Assembly (NCBI GenBank): GCA_029050385.1 | Contig: JAIDMV010000234.1 | Coordinates: 1 to 25,522 of the forward strand | Source: Anaeroplasmataceae bacterium | Lineage (GTDB): Bacteria; Bacillota_I; Bacilli_A; Acholeplasmatales; Anaeroplasmataceae | Direction: 5' to 3' | Length of the DNA: 25,522 nt | Part shown: positions 10,501 to 21,144 of the stretch, in pieces | How the letters are laid out: the number at the start of each line of letters is the position of its first letter | Position numbering within the stretch: position 1 is the first letter of the stretch | Program-made: the position numbers and the translations under genes | The notes under the pieces: generated by a model | Databases searched by the model: none | The model's input: only the letters and a program-made list of their open reading frames with translations | Told to the model about the DNA's origin: nothing

Positions 10501-11267
10501 AAATCATTTAAATCTGTAGTTGCAAAACGACCACCCTCTAATTGAACCATTGGACGTAAATCAGGTGGTATTACTGGTAATACCTCTAGAATCATCCATT
10601 CAGGTTTATTATCAGATTGTAAGAAGGATTCAATAACCTCTAATCTCTTAATTACACGATCACGACGTTGTTTTGAAGATGTTTTAAGTTTTCTTCTTAG
10701 AAGTTTCTCTTCCTTTTCTAAATCAATTTCCTTTAATAATGCCTTAACTGCTTCAGCGCCTGTTAAAGCTTTAAACTTAGAAGGATATTGTTCACTCTTA
10801 ACAGAATATTCTGCTTCTGTTAAAATTTGCTTCTTCACTAAACCTGTATCCTTATCAGCTGAGATAACGATATAGGAAGCAAGATATACAATTTCCTCTA
10901 AATCCTTTGTTTTAATATCTAATAGTGTTGCAAGAGGGGATGTACTATTTCTTAAAAACCAAGTATGTACTACTGGGCTTGCAAGTTGAATATGACCCAA
11001 TCTTTCTCTACGAACTTTAGATTCTGTGATTTCAACACCACACTTTTCGCAGATTTTACCCTTATCGGTATTTCTCTTAGATTTACCACATGCACACTGA
11101 TAGTCCTTCATTGGACCAAAAATTTTCTCACAGAATAAGCCATCTGGTTCAGGCTTTAAGGTACGATAGTTGATTGTTTCGTGCTTTAAAACCTCACCAT
11201 GTGACCATGATAAAATTTCTTCTGGAGAGGCTAAACCAATTTTAATATATTTGTATTGTGTACTCAT
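7515..11267 (-). CDS. rpoC: RNA polymerase beta' subunit (start revised to 11267, 1250 aa)
   Basis: [12 protein letters not shown] catalytic motif, CACG..CEKC zinc finger, [16 protein letters not shown]; GGAGG RBS precedes ATG at 11267 (MSTQY); an upstream ATG at 11282 overlaps the rpoB stop. Confidence 0.98.
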   Translation of the reverse strand: MSTQYKYIKIGLASPEEILSWSHGEVLKHETINYRTLKPEPDGLFCEKIFGPMKDYQCACGKSKRNTDKGKICEKCGVEITESKVRRERLGHIQLASPVVHTWFLRNSTSPLATLLDIKTKDLEEIVYLASYIVISADKDTGLVKKQILTEAEYSVKSEQYPSKFKALTGAEAVKALLKEIDLEKEEKLLRRKLKTSSKQRRDRVIKRLEVIESFLQSDNKPEWMILEVLPVIPPDLRPMVQLEGGRFATTDLNDLYRRILNRNNRLKKQFEQNAPHLITKNEKRMLQEAVDALIDNSKRGKKAVVEKNHHLKSLSDMLRGKQGRFRQNLLGKRVDYSGRSVIVVGPSLKMYQCGIPKEMALTLFKPFVLRELIKAGNSIAVASKACDNQDDSVWSILEEVIREHPVLLNRAPTLHRLGIQAFEPVLIEGKAIRLHPLVCTPFNADFDGDQMAVHVPLSLEAQAEARLLMLASNNILNPKDGKPVVTPSQDMILGNYYLTLERAGRPNEGHFYKDFNEAYMAYKNGNITLHTRIFVDPSYLPEEKFAKNVGQGKYLFTTLGKMIFNSILPDEFPYLNEPTEDNLCIATPNKYFLDPKKPENTYEALLAHDEVQPFKKKNIARIIAEVFKRFQITETSRMLDRIKDLGFKYSTIAGLTISAADVLDYQGKQTRIAAADKKIDEITLMYDLGQLTNKERKKLVEKEWGDARNEIQEGLWAELSKQKDNHIFMMADSGSRGNASNFAQLAGMRGLMANTAGETIEVPVKANFREGLTVSEFFISTHGSRKGSTDTALKTAESGYLTRRLVDVSQDVIISTVDCGTEKGVYVEDIIDDGGKVVVTVADRVIGRFAAKDLIHPETGELICRRNELFTEEMAAVIAHAGIKKVAIRTNLTCDAKSGVCMLCYGRNLATNKVVEVGEAVGTVAAQSIGEPGTQLTMRTFHTGGVASAEDITQGLPRVQELFEARKPKGKATISEIDGTVEAIEKTKNGLAITIKNDKEEKSYNVDATSELLVSVGSEIKRGEKLMKGSIHPKELLRIKDAEAVQKYIVEEVQKVYRSQSVEISDKHIEIIVRQMMRKLIVVQEGDTELLPGRDVSINEYRDACAEVIAKGGVLPTAKPLLLGITKAALACQSFLSACSFQETTRILTQAAIQSKVDNLVGLKENVIIGGLIPAGTGVLVEDDFECEHRPEEENIYQEINESIAQAKEDDSEDDEELDEEDEILDEEDYGSDDYLDELDASLEEETEE

Positions 11268-11281
11268 TGTTTTTCCCTCCA

Positions 11282-14200
11282 TTAACGAACCGTTTCTCTT
11301 ATTTTCAAATCAACAATAGAACGATTTACCTCATTCTCATCCTTATCATTCATTAGTTCAACATGAATACCTAATGCTTGTAATTCACGAGTTAATACAC
11401 GGAATGATTCTGGAATAGAAGATTCTGGAATTGGCTTTCCATCAACAATCGCATCAAATACACGATCTCTACCTACTAGGTCATCAGACTTAACCGTTAA
11501 CATCTCACGTAATGTGTTTGCAGCACCATAAGCTTCAAGTGCCCAAACCTCCATCTCACCAAAACGCTGACCACCATTTTGAGCTTTACCACCCATTGGC
11601 TGTTGTGTTACTAATGTATATGGACCTACGTTACGAGCATGTAACTTGTCATCAACCATGTGGCTTAACTTAACGAAGTACATGATACCTACTGTAATCT
11701 TATTTTCAAATGCTTCACCAGTTCTACCATCATATAGAACCTCTTTACCATCTTTATTCATTCCAGCCTCAGCCATAATCGCTTCAATATCTTCAATAGT
11801 AGCACCATCAAATACTGGTGTTGCAACCTGAATACCAAGCTTCTTAGCAGCAATACCTAAATGTAATTCTAGTACCTGACCAATATTCATACGAGAAGGC
11901 ACACCTTGTGGGTTAAGCATAATGTCAATTGGATGACCATCTGCAGTAAATGGCATATCCTCTAATGGTAGAATATTAGAAATAACACCCTTGTTACCAT
12001 GACGACCAGCCATCTTATCTCCAACCTGAATCTTACGCTTTTGAACGATATAGATACGAACAACCTCATTTACACCAGGAGCTAAATCATCGCCCTTAGC
12101 CTTAGAGAAATGTTGGATAGATTGAACTACACCACCACCGCCATGAGGAACACGTAAGGATGTATCACGTACATCTCTACTCTTCTCACCAAAGATAGCA
12201 AGTAATAATCTTTCTTCTGGAGTTGGATCAGTTACTCCCTTAGGTGTAATCTTACCAACTAGGATATCGCCTTCCTTAACCTCAGTACCAGGAATTACGA
12301 TACCACGTTCATCAAGATTCTTCTTTGTTTCTTCCTTAACATTAGGAATCTCATAAGTAAATTCTTCTTTACCTAATTTTGTATCACGACATTCAACAGA
12401 GAATTCATCGATATGAATTGAAGTATACACATCATCATAAACCATCTTTTCGCTCATGATAACGGCATCCTCAAAGTTATATCCTTCCCAAGTCATAAAG
12501 GCAATTCTAACATTACGTCCTAATGCAAGCTCACCATTCTTCATAGATTGACCATCGGCTATAATATCTCCACGATCAATTCTTTCACCTGGAACTACAA
12601 TTGGACGTTGCATAATTGCAGTTGCAGAGTTAGAACGTAAGAATTGATATAAGTCGTAGCGATGTAATTCACCACTATCTTCTTTTACAATAATCTTCTT
12701 AGCATCAACATATTGAACTACACCTGGCATTGTTGCAATTAAAGCTGAACCAGAATCCTTTGCAGCTTTATATTCCATACCAGTACCAACGATTGGACTT
12801 TCAGGGTTGATGATAGGAACTGCTTGACGTTGCATGTTTGCACCCATTAGGGCACGAGTAGCATCATCGTGTTCAAGGAATGGAACGCACGCAGCAGCAA
12901 CAGATACAATCTGCTTAGGAGATACGTCCATATAGTCAACTTCTTCAGGATCAACCATTTCAGTTTCTCCATTACGACGACCAATAACTTTTTCTTCAAT
13001 GATATGTCCTTCAGCATCAAGCTTAGTAGATGCAGATGCAATAACTAAACCTTCCTCTTCATCTGCAGAAAGATATACCTTTTCATCAGAAACATACTTC
13101 TTTCCAGCCTTATCATGCTTTACAACAAAATAAGGAGTTTCAATAAATCCATATTCGTTTACTTTAGCATAAGTAGCTAATGATGTAATCAAACCGATAG
13201 ATGGACCTTCAGGAGTCTCAATAGGGCACATACGACCATAGTGAGAATTGTGAACGTCACGAACCTCTACACCAGCACGGTCACGGGCAATACCACCTGT
13301 ACCTAATGCAGAAATACGACGCTTTTGTGTGATTTCAGCAAGTGGGTTAATTTGATCCATGAACTGAGACAACTGGCTGGATCCAAAGAATTCCTTTAGA
13401 GAAGATGTCAAAGGCTTAATGTTGATTAGGTTTTGAGGAGTAGCCTCATGTACCTCAACAGTTGACATACGATCTAAAATATTCTTTTCTAGCTTTGCAA
13501 AACCAATTCTAAATTGGTTCTTTAACAATTCACCAATTAATCTTAAACGACGGTTACCTAAGTGGTCAATATCATCAAGAGTACCTACATTTTGATATAA
13601 GTTCAAATAGTAACTTGCAGTTGCGATAATATCAGACATTGTGATATGTAATGATGTTTCTCTTTGGTCATTTCCAATAATCTTTACCTCGTGAGATTCA
13701 TCATGACGAACAACTGTAACCTTTAAAACTTCATTATATGGGTCTTCACAAAGAGTATTACCTAAATCAATCTTTTGACGGAATGCAGCTCTAGCAAGTT
13801 TTAAATGTTCTAAAACATCACCTTGAACAACATCACCATAACTAGCAATCTTTGTTCCTGCCTTAAATAAAACATTGCCCTCTTCATCTAAGATATCTTC
13901 TTTTGCAATAACATCTTGAGCAAGCTCTAATCCCTTAGCACGTTGTAATACATCTAGCTTAACGTTATATTTGAAACGACCAACCTTTTGTAGATCATAA
14001 CGACGATCATCAAATAAACGTTGAACGATTAAAGCACGTGCTCCTTCTACTGGAACCTTTTCACCTTGACGTAGTTTAGAATACACTTCAATTGCAGCTT
14101 CCTCAGAGTTTGTTGTAACATCTCTTTCGAATGTAGCTTGCATATTTTCGCTATCGCCAAATAAATCAATAATTTGCTGATTAGTAGATAAGCCATAAGA

Positions 14201-14794
14201 ACGTAGCACAGTAGTTAGAGGAATCTTTTTGGAACGATCTAACTTTCCATACCAAACATTCTTAGAGCCCATTTCATACTCAATCCAAGCACCACGTGTT
14301 GGAATAACAGTACCTGTGTACTTAGTGTCTCCAGTCTTCTTGTCAATTTCTTTAGCGTAGTAAACACCAGAAGAACGAACAATCTGAGAAATGATAACAC
14401 GCTCAGCACCATTGATAATAAATGTTCCGACAGGTGTCATATATGGAATATCTCCCATAAATAATTCCTGCTCTAATACCTCACCAGTTTGGGCATTTTC
14501 CAAGCGAACATTTACCTTAAGTGGACGAGCAAAGTTGACATCTCTAAGTTTACAATCAACGATAGAAAACTTAGGATTTTCAAAATGATGTTCTCCAAAA
14601 GATAATTTTAGGTCACCATTGAATGAAGTGATAGGAGAAATGTCTCTAAATAATTCTTCTAATCCAGCATTCACAAACCAGTCAAAGGATTTTGTTTGAA
14701 TCTCAATTAGGTCTGGTAATTCTACTTCTGTACGAATCTTTGAATAATTACGTCTTACAGATTTTTTACCATAGTTTACATTTTTGTAATTCAT
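11282..14794 (-). CDS. rpoB: RNA polymerase beta subunit (start revised to 14794, 1170 aa)
   Basis: [34 protein letters not shown]; AGAAAGGGA RBS before [18 protein letters not shown]; the 34-aa ORF-track extension lies in the leader. Confidence 0.98.
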   Translation of the reverse strand: MNYKNVNYGKKSVRRNYSKIRTEVELPDLIEIQTKSFDWFVNAGLEELFRDISPITSFNGDLKLSFGEHHFENPKFSIVDCKLRDVNFARPLKVNVRLENAQTGEVLEQELFMGDIPYMTPVGTFIINGAERVIISQIVRSSGVYYAKEIDKKTGDTKYTGTVIPTRGAWIEYEMGSKNVWYGKLDRSKKIPLTTVLRSYGLSTNQQIIDLFGDSENMQATFERDVTTNSEEAAIEVYSKLRQGEKVPVEGARALIVQRLFDDRRYDLQKVGRFKYNVKLDVLQRAKGLELAQDVIAKEDILDEEGNVLFKAGTKIASYGDVVQGDVLEHLKLARAAFRQKIDLGNTLCEDPYNEVLKVTVVRHDESHEVKIIGNDQRETSLHITMSDIIATASYYLNLYQNVGTLDDIDHLGNRRLRLIGELLKNQFRIGFAKLEKNILDRMSTVEVHEATPQNLINIKPLTSSLKEFFGSSQLSQFMDQINPLAEITQKRRISALGTGGIARDRAGVEVRDVHNSHYGRMCPIETPEGPSIGLITSLATYAKVNEYGFIETPYFVVKHDKAGKKYVSDEKVYLSADEEEGLVIASASTKLDAEGHIIEEKVIGRRNGETEMVDPEEVDYMDVSPKQIVSVAAACVPFLEHDDATRALMGANMQRQAVPIINPESPIVGTGMEYKAAKDSGSALIATMPGVVQYVDAKKIIVKEDSGELHRYDLYQFLRSNSATAIMQRPIVVPGERIDRGDIIADGQSMKNGELALGRNVRIAFMTWEGYNFEDAVIMSEKMVYDDVYTSIHIDEFSVECRDTKLGKEEFTYEIPNVKEETKKNLDERGIVIPGTEVKEGDILVGKITPKGVTDPTPEERLLLAIFGEKSRDVRDTSLRVPHGGGGVVQSIQHFSKAKGDDLAPGVNEVVRIYIVQKRKIQVGDKMAGRHGNKGVISNILPLEDMPFTADGHPIDIMLNPQGVPSRMNIGQVLELHLGIAAKKLGIQVATPVFDGATIEDIEAIMAEAGMNKDGKEVLYDGRTGEAFENKITVGIMYFVKLSHMVDDKLHARNVGPYTLVTQQPMGGKAQNGGQRFGEMEVWALEAYGAANTLREMLTVKSDDLVGRDRVFDAIVDGKPIPESSIPESFRVLTRELQALGIHVELMNDKDENEVNRSIVDLKIRETVR

Positions 14795-14974
14795 AAATCT
14801 TTCCCTTTCTAAAATGTTGAGACTTTCGTATAACGCAATCCGGCAGTCTCTTAAACCTTCTTTGTGATCCCCACGAAAAATGTATATTAATCGCATAAAG
14901 CGATGAAAATTCTCTTAAAATCTATGATTTTAGGGGCCAAAAAGCCTCTAAAAAGCAACAAATCGCATTTTAAT

Positions 14975-15003
14975 ATTATATATGCATTTTTCAATAAAGT
15001 CAA
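14975..15003 (-). promoter_or_regulatory. Sigma-A promoter of rpoBC
   Basis: TTGACT (15003-14998), 17-nt spacer, TATAAT (14980-14975). Confidence 0.8.
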
Positions 15004-15037
15004 GAAAAATTCTCAGATAACTCAAAAAAAATTCAAT

Positions 15038-15082
15038 AAAAAAAGGACTTCTTTATAGACCAATCACTATAAATAGAAGTCC
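15038..15082 (-). terminator. Intrinsic terminator after the ABC operon
   Basis: GGACTTCT(AT)TTATAG-loop-CTATAAAGAAGTCC long stem followed by T7. Confidence 0.8.
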
Positions 15083-15227
15083 AGTTTTTATATGAAATCC
15101 ATATGCGCTATATAAAAAATTTAAAACATTCTATACAACATCTAATCTATGCTTTTAATTTTAATATATTAATATAGCCTTATCTTATCAAATGAGTATG
15201 CTATCTTTCTTTGGTACATATTTATAA

Positions 15228-17096
15228 TTAAGAATTCACTTGTTCTTTATTTAATATTTTATTTACTTGATCTTCTGCAAATTGATTTTTATAAAGCTCA
15301 AAGTAATATCCTTTTTGAGAAAGAAGTTCATGATGCTTACCACTTTCAACAACACATCCATCCTTCATTACAAGGATAATATCTGCGTTTACAACAGTAG
15401 ATAATCTATGGGCAATCATAAAGGTTGTTCTTCCCTTCATCACCTTTTCAACCGCTTTTTGAATTAAACTTTCTGTCTGCGTATCGATAGATGAAGTTGC
15501 CTCATCTAAAACTAAAATCTTGGGATCAGCAACAATTGCTCTTGCAAAGCTGATTAATTGGCGTTCACCAACAGAAAGCTTAGATCCACTCTCTCCAACC
15601 ATTGCTTGATACCCATCATCAAGTTTAGCAATAAATTCATCTGCGGCCACCACCTCTAAGGCGTGTTTTATCTCTTCATCAGTAGCATCCAATTTACCAT
15701 ACCTGACATTATCCATAATTGTACCACTAAATAGCTGTGGTGTTTGTAATACATAGCCAATGTTAGAATGTAACCATGTAATACTTCTATCCTTATAACT
15801 ATGGCCATCAATTAAAATGTCTCCTGTAGTAGGTTCATAAAATCTACATATTAGATTTACGATAGTGGATTTTCCACTTCCTGTATGCCCTACAAGTGCT
15901 ACACTAGATCCTGCAGGAATATGTAAATTAAAGTTTTTTAATACCTCTTCTCCCTTGGCATACTTAAAGGTTACATCTTTAAATTCCACTTCTCCAATTA
16001 ATGGTTCAAAGTTTTCAAATTTCGGTTCAAATATTGTACCGTACTTTTCTATAACCTCTGGGCTGTCCGTAATTTCTGGTTGTTCTTCAATTAAAGAAAT
16101 AATACGTTCAGCTGAAGCTTGTGCTTGTTGAAAATCACCAATTACTCTAGAGATAGCTATGATTGGATCAAAAAATTTTACTGTATAATCAATGAATAAA
16201 TATAGGATTGCACTATCAATTAAACCTTTCAAAACCATGTTTCCACCAAAATACAAAGTGGTACCCACACCTACATAGCACAATACAAATGTCACTGGTC
16301 CAAAGATTGCAGAAAAGAATACTGCACGTAAGGATGCTTTTTTATAGGCTGTAGCCTTACTTAAAAATTCTTTTGAACATTTATCCTCTATAACCAAACT
16401 CTTTACAGCTTTGGCTCCCATAAAGCCCTCATTATAAGCTGCCGTAATTTTAGAATTTTCCTTTCTAGCATCTCTATAGCTTGCAAGCATTTTCTTTCTA
16501 ATAATGATTGTAAGAAAAATCAATATTGGTAAGATTACTAGAACAATTAAGGAAAGCAATGGATTTACAACTAAAAGCACACCTAATATACCAAACATAG
16601 ATAATAAACCCCATAACAAATCCACACAGCCCCATGAAATAATCTCACTCAATTTACGAGAATCTGAGGTTACACGTGCCATAATCCAGCCTTGAGCTGT
16701 TTTATCAAAATAACTAAATGGTAATTTTTGTAAGTTCAAATAAGCTTCTTTTCTAAGTTGATAAGACGTTTGTATTTCTACCTTTCCGGCAAAATATAGG
16801 AAGGAAAACACACAAACACCATATGCTAAGCTTACCCCAATATATCCTGCAACCATACTCCATATCATATTAAAACGATCAGGGCTATCACTTTCAAAGA
16901 AATGAGATATTGCAAAAGAATTAATTAGAGGATAACAAACATCTAATACAGCTAAGGCAATCACAGATAAAATCAAACCACAAAAAGTTCCCTTATGCAG
17001 TAAAACTGTTTTAAATATTTTTTTCCATGGCCCTTTATTATTGGAGCGATAATCTAAATCATTGATTTCTTCTTGTTCATAATCAAAATCATCCAT
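15228..17096 (-). CDS. Heterodimeric ABC exporter subunit (TMD+NBD, consensus Walker B)
   Basis: Multiple TM helices; GHTGSGKS, LSVGERQ signature, LVLDEATSSID, IAHR. Confidence 0.93.
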   Translation of the reverse strand: MDDFDYEQEEINDLDYRSNNKGPWKKIFKTVLLHKGTFCGLILSVIALAVLDVCYPLINSFAISHFFESDSPDRFNMIWSMVAGYIGVSLAYGVCVFSFLYFAGKVEIQTSYQLRKEAYLNLQKLPFSYFDKTAQGWIMARVTSDSRKLSEIISWGCVDLLWGLLSMFGILGVLLVVNPLLSLIVLVILPILIFLTIIIRKKMLASYRDARKENSKITAAYNEGFMGAKAVKSLVIEDKCSKEFLSKATAYKKASLRAVFFSAIFGPVTFVLCYVGVGTTLYFGGNMVLKGLIDSAILYLFIDYTVKFFDPIIAISRVIGDFQQAQASAERIISLIEEQPEITDSPEVIEKYGTIFEPKFENFEPLIGEVEFKDVTFKYAKGEEVLKNFNLHIPAGSSVALVGHTGSGKSTIVNLICRFYEPTTGDILIDGHSYKDRSITWLHSNIGYVLQTPQLFSGTIMDNVRYGKLDATDEEIKHALEVVAADEFIAKLDDGYQAMVGESGSKLSVGERQLISFARAIVADPKILVLDEATSSIDTQTESLIQKAVEKVMKGRTTFMIAHRLSTVVNADIILVMKDGCVVESGKHHELLSQKGYYFELYKNQFAEDQVNKILNKEQVNS

Positions 17097-17097
17097 C

Positions 17098-18909
17098 TTA
17101 TTTTCCCTCCTTTAAAATAGCATTAAATTCTTCTTCAAGCTCTCCTTGAATTCCCCAAAGTTCTTTATATAAACCTTCTTGAGCGACCAACTCATCGTGC
17201 TTGCCAATTTGAGCAACACTACCTTGATCTAATACTATAATCTGATCTGCTTCCTTAGCAGTAGTTGAACGATGTGTAATAATAATCATTGTTTGATCTT
17301 CACTCTTCTTCTTGAGAGCCTTACGAATCATCAAATCTGTTTTAGTATCTAAGGCAGATAAGGAATCATCAAATATAATAACATTAGAATCCTTTACAAG
17401 CATTCTCGCAATAGCAATTCTTTGTTTCTGTCCTCCAGAGAGGGTTGTTCCTTTTTCTCCAACAATGGTTTTATATCCACGTTCAAACTTTTCAATTTCT
17501 GAATGAATTGCCGCAGTTTTCGCAGCATCATAAATACGCTCTGTTGGAATTCTTGAATCAACAATCGCTACATTATCGTATACAGTTTTAGAAAACAAAA
17601 AAGGGTCTTGAAGAATAAATTTTATATTTTTTCTCAAATGCTTCTTTTCAACATTTCGAATAGAAACTCCATCAATTAAAATATCTCCCTCATTGATTTC
17701 AAGCATTCTTGTAAGCAAATTACAAATCGTAGATTTTCCACTTCCAGTCTTCCCAACAATTGCGATTGTCTGTCCAGGCTTGATATGGAAAGAAACATCT
17801 TTTAATAAGGACTTAGAATCATCCTCAAATTTAAAACAAACATTTTTAAATTCAATATCTCCTGTGATTTCTGGTGTTTCTGTGCCATTCGTTTCAAACT
17901 CTTCAGGAACGCTTAATACTTCATCAATACGATTTGCTGCAACACTTGCCTTACCAAAGGAGGCAATAATTCTTCCTAGTCCTCGCATTGGCCAAATTAA
18001 CATTCCCATAAGTAATAATGCAGCAACGATATCAGCAGAATTTAAAAGATGATCTCTTGCAAGAAATATACCTACACTCATCGTAAGTGCATACTGTAAG
18101 AAAACTAAGAAATCACTACATCCCCAGAACGCAGCCATCACAGTGTTAAACTTACCATTCTTTTTTGTATAAACTTTGTTTGCTTCATCCATCTTTTCAA
18201 ACTCATATTCTTCATTAGCAAAAGCTCTTACTACACGAGCGCTATTGACATTTTCTTGGATAATCGTCGTCATTTTACTTTCGGACTCTTCTATTCTTTG
18301 GAATGCCTTATTACAATATCTAAAATAAATAATTGAAGATGCAGCAGTAATAGGCATACTAATCATACTTACCCACATCAACACTGGAGATATTTGATAA
18401 ACACGATAAGCTCCTATGATTACTGTCACAAATATATCAATTAATCCTGGAATCATACTTGACACAAAGGTTGAAGTTTGATCAACATCCGAAGTTGACC
18501 TTTGAATCAAGTCTCCAATATCTGAATGATTGTGATAGGTATAAGATAAATTCATCACATGATCATAAATCTTTATACGCATATCATATCCAATATAATG
18601 AGCTAAAGCTCCTTGATAATAATTATCTAAAAAACGCAAGACAGAACGAAAAGCCTGTAACACAATCATGCTTGCACCTACAATTAACAAGCAAGTAAGC
18701 ATGTCTTCAATATTATTGTACCAATTCAACAAAAATTTTGGCAAGTCTGTTTTTTGTTCTGTTACTTGATTTATACGTTCAAACGCATATTGTATAAAAA
18801 GGGGTAGATAAGCATATAGCCATTGTAAGATTGTAGACAATGCAACAATAAGCAGCACTAGCCATAAATACTTTTTACTCCATTTCCATAATTTTTTAAT
18901 TCCTTTCAT
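17098..18909 (-). CDS. Heterodimeric ABC exporter subunit (TMD+NBD, degenerate Walker B)
   Basis: TM helices; GKTGSGKS, LSGGQKQR, IIFDDSLSALD (Asp for catalytic Glu), ITHR; 1 nt from partner gene. Confidence 0.93.
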   Translation of the reverse strand: MKGIKKLWKWSKKYLWLVLLIVALSTILQWLYAYLPLFIQYAFERINQVTEQKTDLPKFLLNWYNNIEDMLTCLLIVGASMIVLQAFRSVLRFLDNYYQGALAHYIGYDMRIKIYDHVMNLSYTYHNHSDIGDLIQRSTSDVDQTSTFVSSMIPGLIDIFVTVIIGAYRVYQISPVLMWVSMISMPITAASSIIYFRYCNKAFQRIEESESKMTTIIQENVNSARVVRAFANEEYEFEKMDEANKVYTKKNGKFNTVMAAFWGCSDFLVFLQYALTMSVGIFLARDHLLNSADIVAALLLMGMLIWPMRGLGRIIASFGKASVAANRIDEVLSVPEEFETNGTETPEITGDIEFKNVCFKFEDDSKSLLKDVSFHIKPGQTIAIVGKTGSGKSTICNLLTRMLEINEGDILIDGVSIRNVEKKHLRKNIKFILQDPFLFSKTVYDNVAIVDSRIPTERIYDAAKTAAIHSEIEKFERGYKTIVGEKGTTLSGGQKQRIAIARMLVKDSNVIIFDDSLSALDTKTDLMIRKALKKKSEDQTMIIITHRSTTAKEADQIIVLDQGSVAQIGKHDELVAQEGLYKELWGIQGELEEEFNAILKEGK

Positions 18910-18933
18910 TTCACACTCTCCTAATTTTCACAC

Positions 18934-18957
18934 AAAAAAAGAGCCAATTTGGCTCTT
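18934..18957 (-). terminator. Intrinsic terminator between the Lrp gene and the ABC pair
   Basis: AAGAGCCA-AAT-TGGCTCTT followed by TTTTT. Confidence 0.8.
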
Positions 18958-18965
18958 AAAGTAAT

Positions 18966-19436
18966 TTATTCTAAAGGGAAAGTCGTTCTTTCCTTTTCTG
19001 AACTTACCACAATGGAAGTGTCAATATTGTTGACATAAGGTGCTTTTAACAGCTTATCAAAAACAAAGTTCCGATAAGATTCCAAGTCCTTTGCAACAAT
19101 TTTCAATAGGAAAGATGCATCTCCTGTTATCGTATAACATTCCACTACTTCAGGAAGTTTCTTGGCCTCTTCAATAAAGCCTTGACAATTTTCACGATTA
19201 AAAGGCAGGATGTATACCTTGGCAAAGCAGGTAATTTGAAAGCCTAATTGCTTTTCATCAACGACTACAGTAAATTGCTTTAAGATTTTTTGTTCTTTTA
19301 AATTTTTAACTCGAAGTAAACAGGAAGATGGTGCAAGTCCAATCTTCTTGGATAAATCAATATTGCTGATGGAAGAATCCTGTTGTAATAATTCAACAAT
19401 TTTCTTGTCATATTCATCTAGGTGAACTGTATTCAT
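18966..19436 (-). CDS. Lrp/AsnC family transcriptional regulator (start revised to 19436)
   Basis: LDEYDKKIVELLQQDSSISNIDLSKKIGLAPSSCLLRVKNL HTH; PEVVECYTITGDASFLLK RAM domain; GGAGG is correctly spaced only for the second ATG. Confidence 0.92.
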   Translation of the reverse strand: MNTVHLDEYDKKIVELLQQDSSISNIDLSKKIGLAPSSCLLRVKNLKEQKILKQFTVVVDEKQLGFQITCFAKVYILPFNRENCQGFIEEAKKLPEVVECYTITGDASFLLKIVAKDLESYRNFVFDKLLKAPYVNNIDTSIVVSSEKERTTFPLE

Positions 19437-19469
19437 TTTTCTCATCCTCCTTTCTTAATGTCCTTAATG

Positions 19470-19498
19470 ATTATACCACTCTACTATATTTTTGTAAA
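19470..19498 (-). promoter_or_regulatory. Sigma-A promoter of the Lrp gene
   Basis: TTTACA (19498-19493), 17-nt spacer, TGgTATAAT (19475-19470). Confidence 0.7.
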
Positions 19499-19561
19499 GA
19501 AAATTCGATAAATATATTTTTTTCTTTTATTTTATTCAACAAATGGCGAATATTTGTAAAG

Positions 19562-20248
19562 TTAAAACTTATTAAAGGCGATAAATTTTGTTTTTGCTGG
19601 ACAAAGATTTTTCAGCATAGGGATAAAGTAAGCATCCCTACGGATACTTGCAATCACTGTAATATTCATATTTTTTCTAAGATATTGAGATAAAAACTTT
19701 TGAAGATTAGGGTCTTCCACTCCTTCAAAACGAACGAATGCCAACATATCAGATGTAAAATAATCATAAAAAATAACAAATATATTTCCGAGTACAGTAA
19801 TTAAATCAATGGATACTCTGATTTGACCAAAGGTATTTAGCATAGCTTCATAAGCCTTAGGAATTAATTCCTCATGGTTTAACTCTAAACACTCTTGATA
19901 TTTCCTATATAAATTATCCACATTACGATCTGAAATCTCTATATTTTTAGTAAAGAAATAATCACAGATTTCTTCTCTACTCATATTTTTTTCTTTTAAT
20001 ACAGCTATTGTACAAATAATTTTTGCAGAATAGGTATATCCTTTAAAAGCTAATTTATTGGCTGTCTGTGAAAAATAAATTTGATTATCCTGACAATTCT
20101 TACATTCATATCCTAAGTTATGTATATGGCTATGCTTACCATTCGTAAAGTAAATCAATTTATTTGATATTGCATATCGATAACTCAATTTATTTCCACA
20201 TTTAGGACAGGTAAGTATTTCGGGTTTATAATATTTCGATACGCTCAT
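19562..20248 (-). CDS. Hypothetical Zn-ribbon/HTH protein, possibly a degenerate transposase derivative
   Basis: CPKC...CKNC; helix-turn-helix-like SREEICDYF...ISDRNVDNLY; 228 aa; TAATG overlap with the glucokinase stop. Confidence 0.7.
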   Translation of the reverse strand: MSVSKYYKPEILTCPKCGNKLSYRYAISNKLIYFTNGKHSHIHNLGYECKNCQDNQIYFSQTANKLAFKGYTYSAKIICTIAVLKEKNMSREEICDYFFTKNIEISDRNVDNLYRKYQECLELNHEELIPKAYEAMLNTFGQIRVSIDLITVLGNIFVIFYDYFTSDMLAFVRFEGVEDPNLQKFLSQYLRKNMNITVIASIRRDAYFIPMLKNLCPAKTKFIAFNKF

Positions 20249-21144
20249 TACTCTTCCTTTGAAATAAGACCTGCTGCTCCTAGCATTCCTGCATCATTTA
20301 ATAGCTTTGCGGCCTCTATTTTTACATCCTTCACTGCATAGTGTGCTAAAGACTTATAATGTTTCTTTATTGTATCAATCAAAATATCTCCAGCTCTAGA
20401 CACTCCACCGCCAATATAATATACATCCACATCCACTGTAACACTAAGTATTGCAATACATTTGGCAATATAATAAGCAACCTTATTTACAACAAACAAA
20501 CATAATGGATCATTCTGTTTCGCCAAATCAAACACATCCTTAGCAGTAAATTCTGAAGACAATTTTGTTTCGTATTCCTTATAATGATATTTTGCTAAGC
20601 GAACTACACCTGTTGCTGAGGCAACTGTTTCTAAACAGCCTTTCAAACCACATGTACAGGCAAAATTGTATTCCTCTGCAATCACCATATGTCCGGCTTC
20701 TCCAGCTGCACCATGTGTTCCTTCTAAAACCTTACCATTTAATACAATACCACAGCCTACACCTGTCCCCAATGTAATCATACACGCATTTTTGTATTCA
20801 TTATGATAAAGCATTTCTCCTAGTGCTGCAACATTGGCATCATTTTGAGCAGTTACAAAAACGCCAGGAAAATACTTTCCCATTTCAGCAACTAGGTTGA
20901 TATTCTTAATTCCTATATTTGGGAGATTATAAATATAGTTATTGACAACATTTCCAGGCAGACCAAATCCAATACCCTCTATGCTTTGAATACCTTTTTT
21001 AGAAATATATTCTTTTAAAAACAAACTAATATCTTTAAATAAAGTTTCCTTTACTGTAGGTATCTCATATTTATCGATAATTTTATTGGCTTCTACTACA
21101 CCAATTTTAACTGTAGTTCCACCAACATCTATTCCAAATTTCAT
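20248..21144 (-). CDS. glcK: ROK family sugar kinase (glucokinase)
   Basis: GIDVGGT, NDANVAALGE, GTGVGCG, GEAGH, CTCGLKGCLET zinc motif. Confidence 0.9.
   Translation of the reverse strand: MKFGIDVGGTTVKIGVVEANKIIDKYEIPTVKETLFKDISLFLKEYISKKGIQSIEGIGFGLPGNVVNNYIYNLPNIGIKNINLVAEMGKYFPGVFVTAQNDANVAALGEMLYHNEYKNACMITLGTGVGCGIVLNGKVLEGTHGAAGEAGHMVIAEEYNFACTCGLKGCLETVASATGVVRLAKYHYKEYETKLSSEFTAKDVFDLAKQNDPLCLFVVNKVAYYIAKCIAILSVTVDVDVYYIGGGVSRAGDILIDTIKKHYKSLAHYAVKDVKIEAAKLLNDAGMLGAAGLISKEE

Noticed and set aside
14795-14896. 34-aa N-terminal extension of RpoB in the ORF track
   Set aside because: No RBS at 14896; strong SD before 14794; the extension runs through a structured leader
19500-20260. 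Active IS element around the transposase-like ORF
   Set aside because: No terminal inverted repeats or target duplication, incomplete catalytic motif, start overlaps the glcK stop
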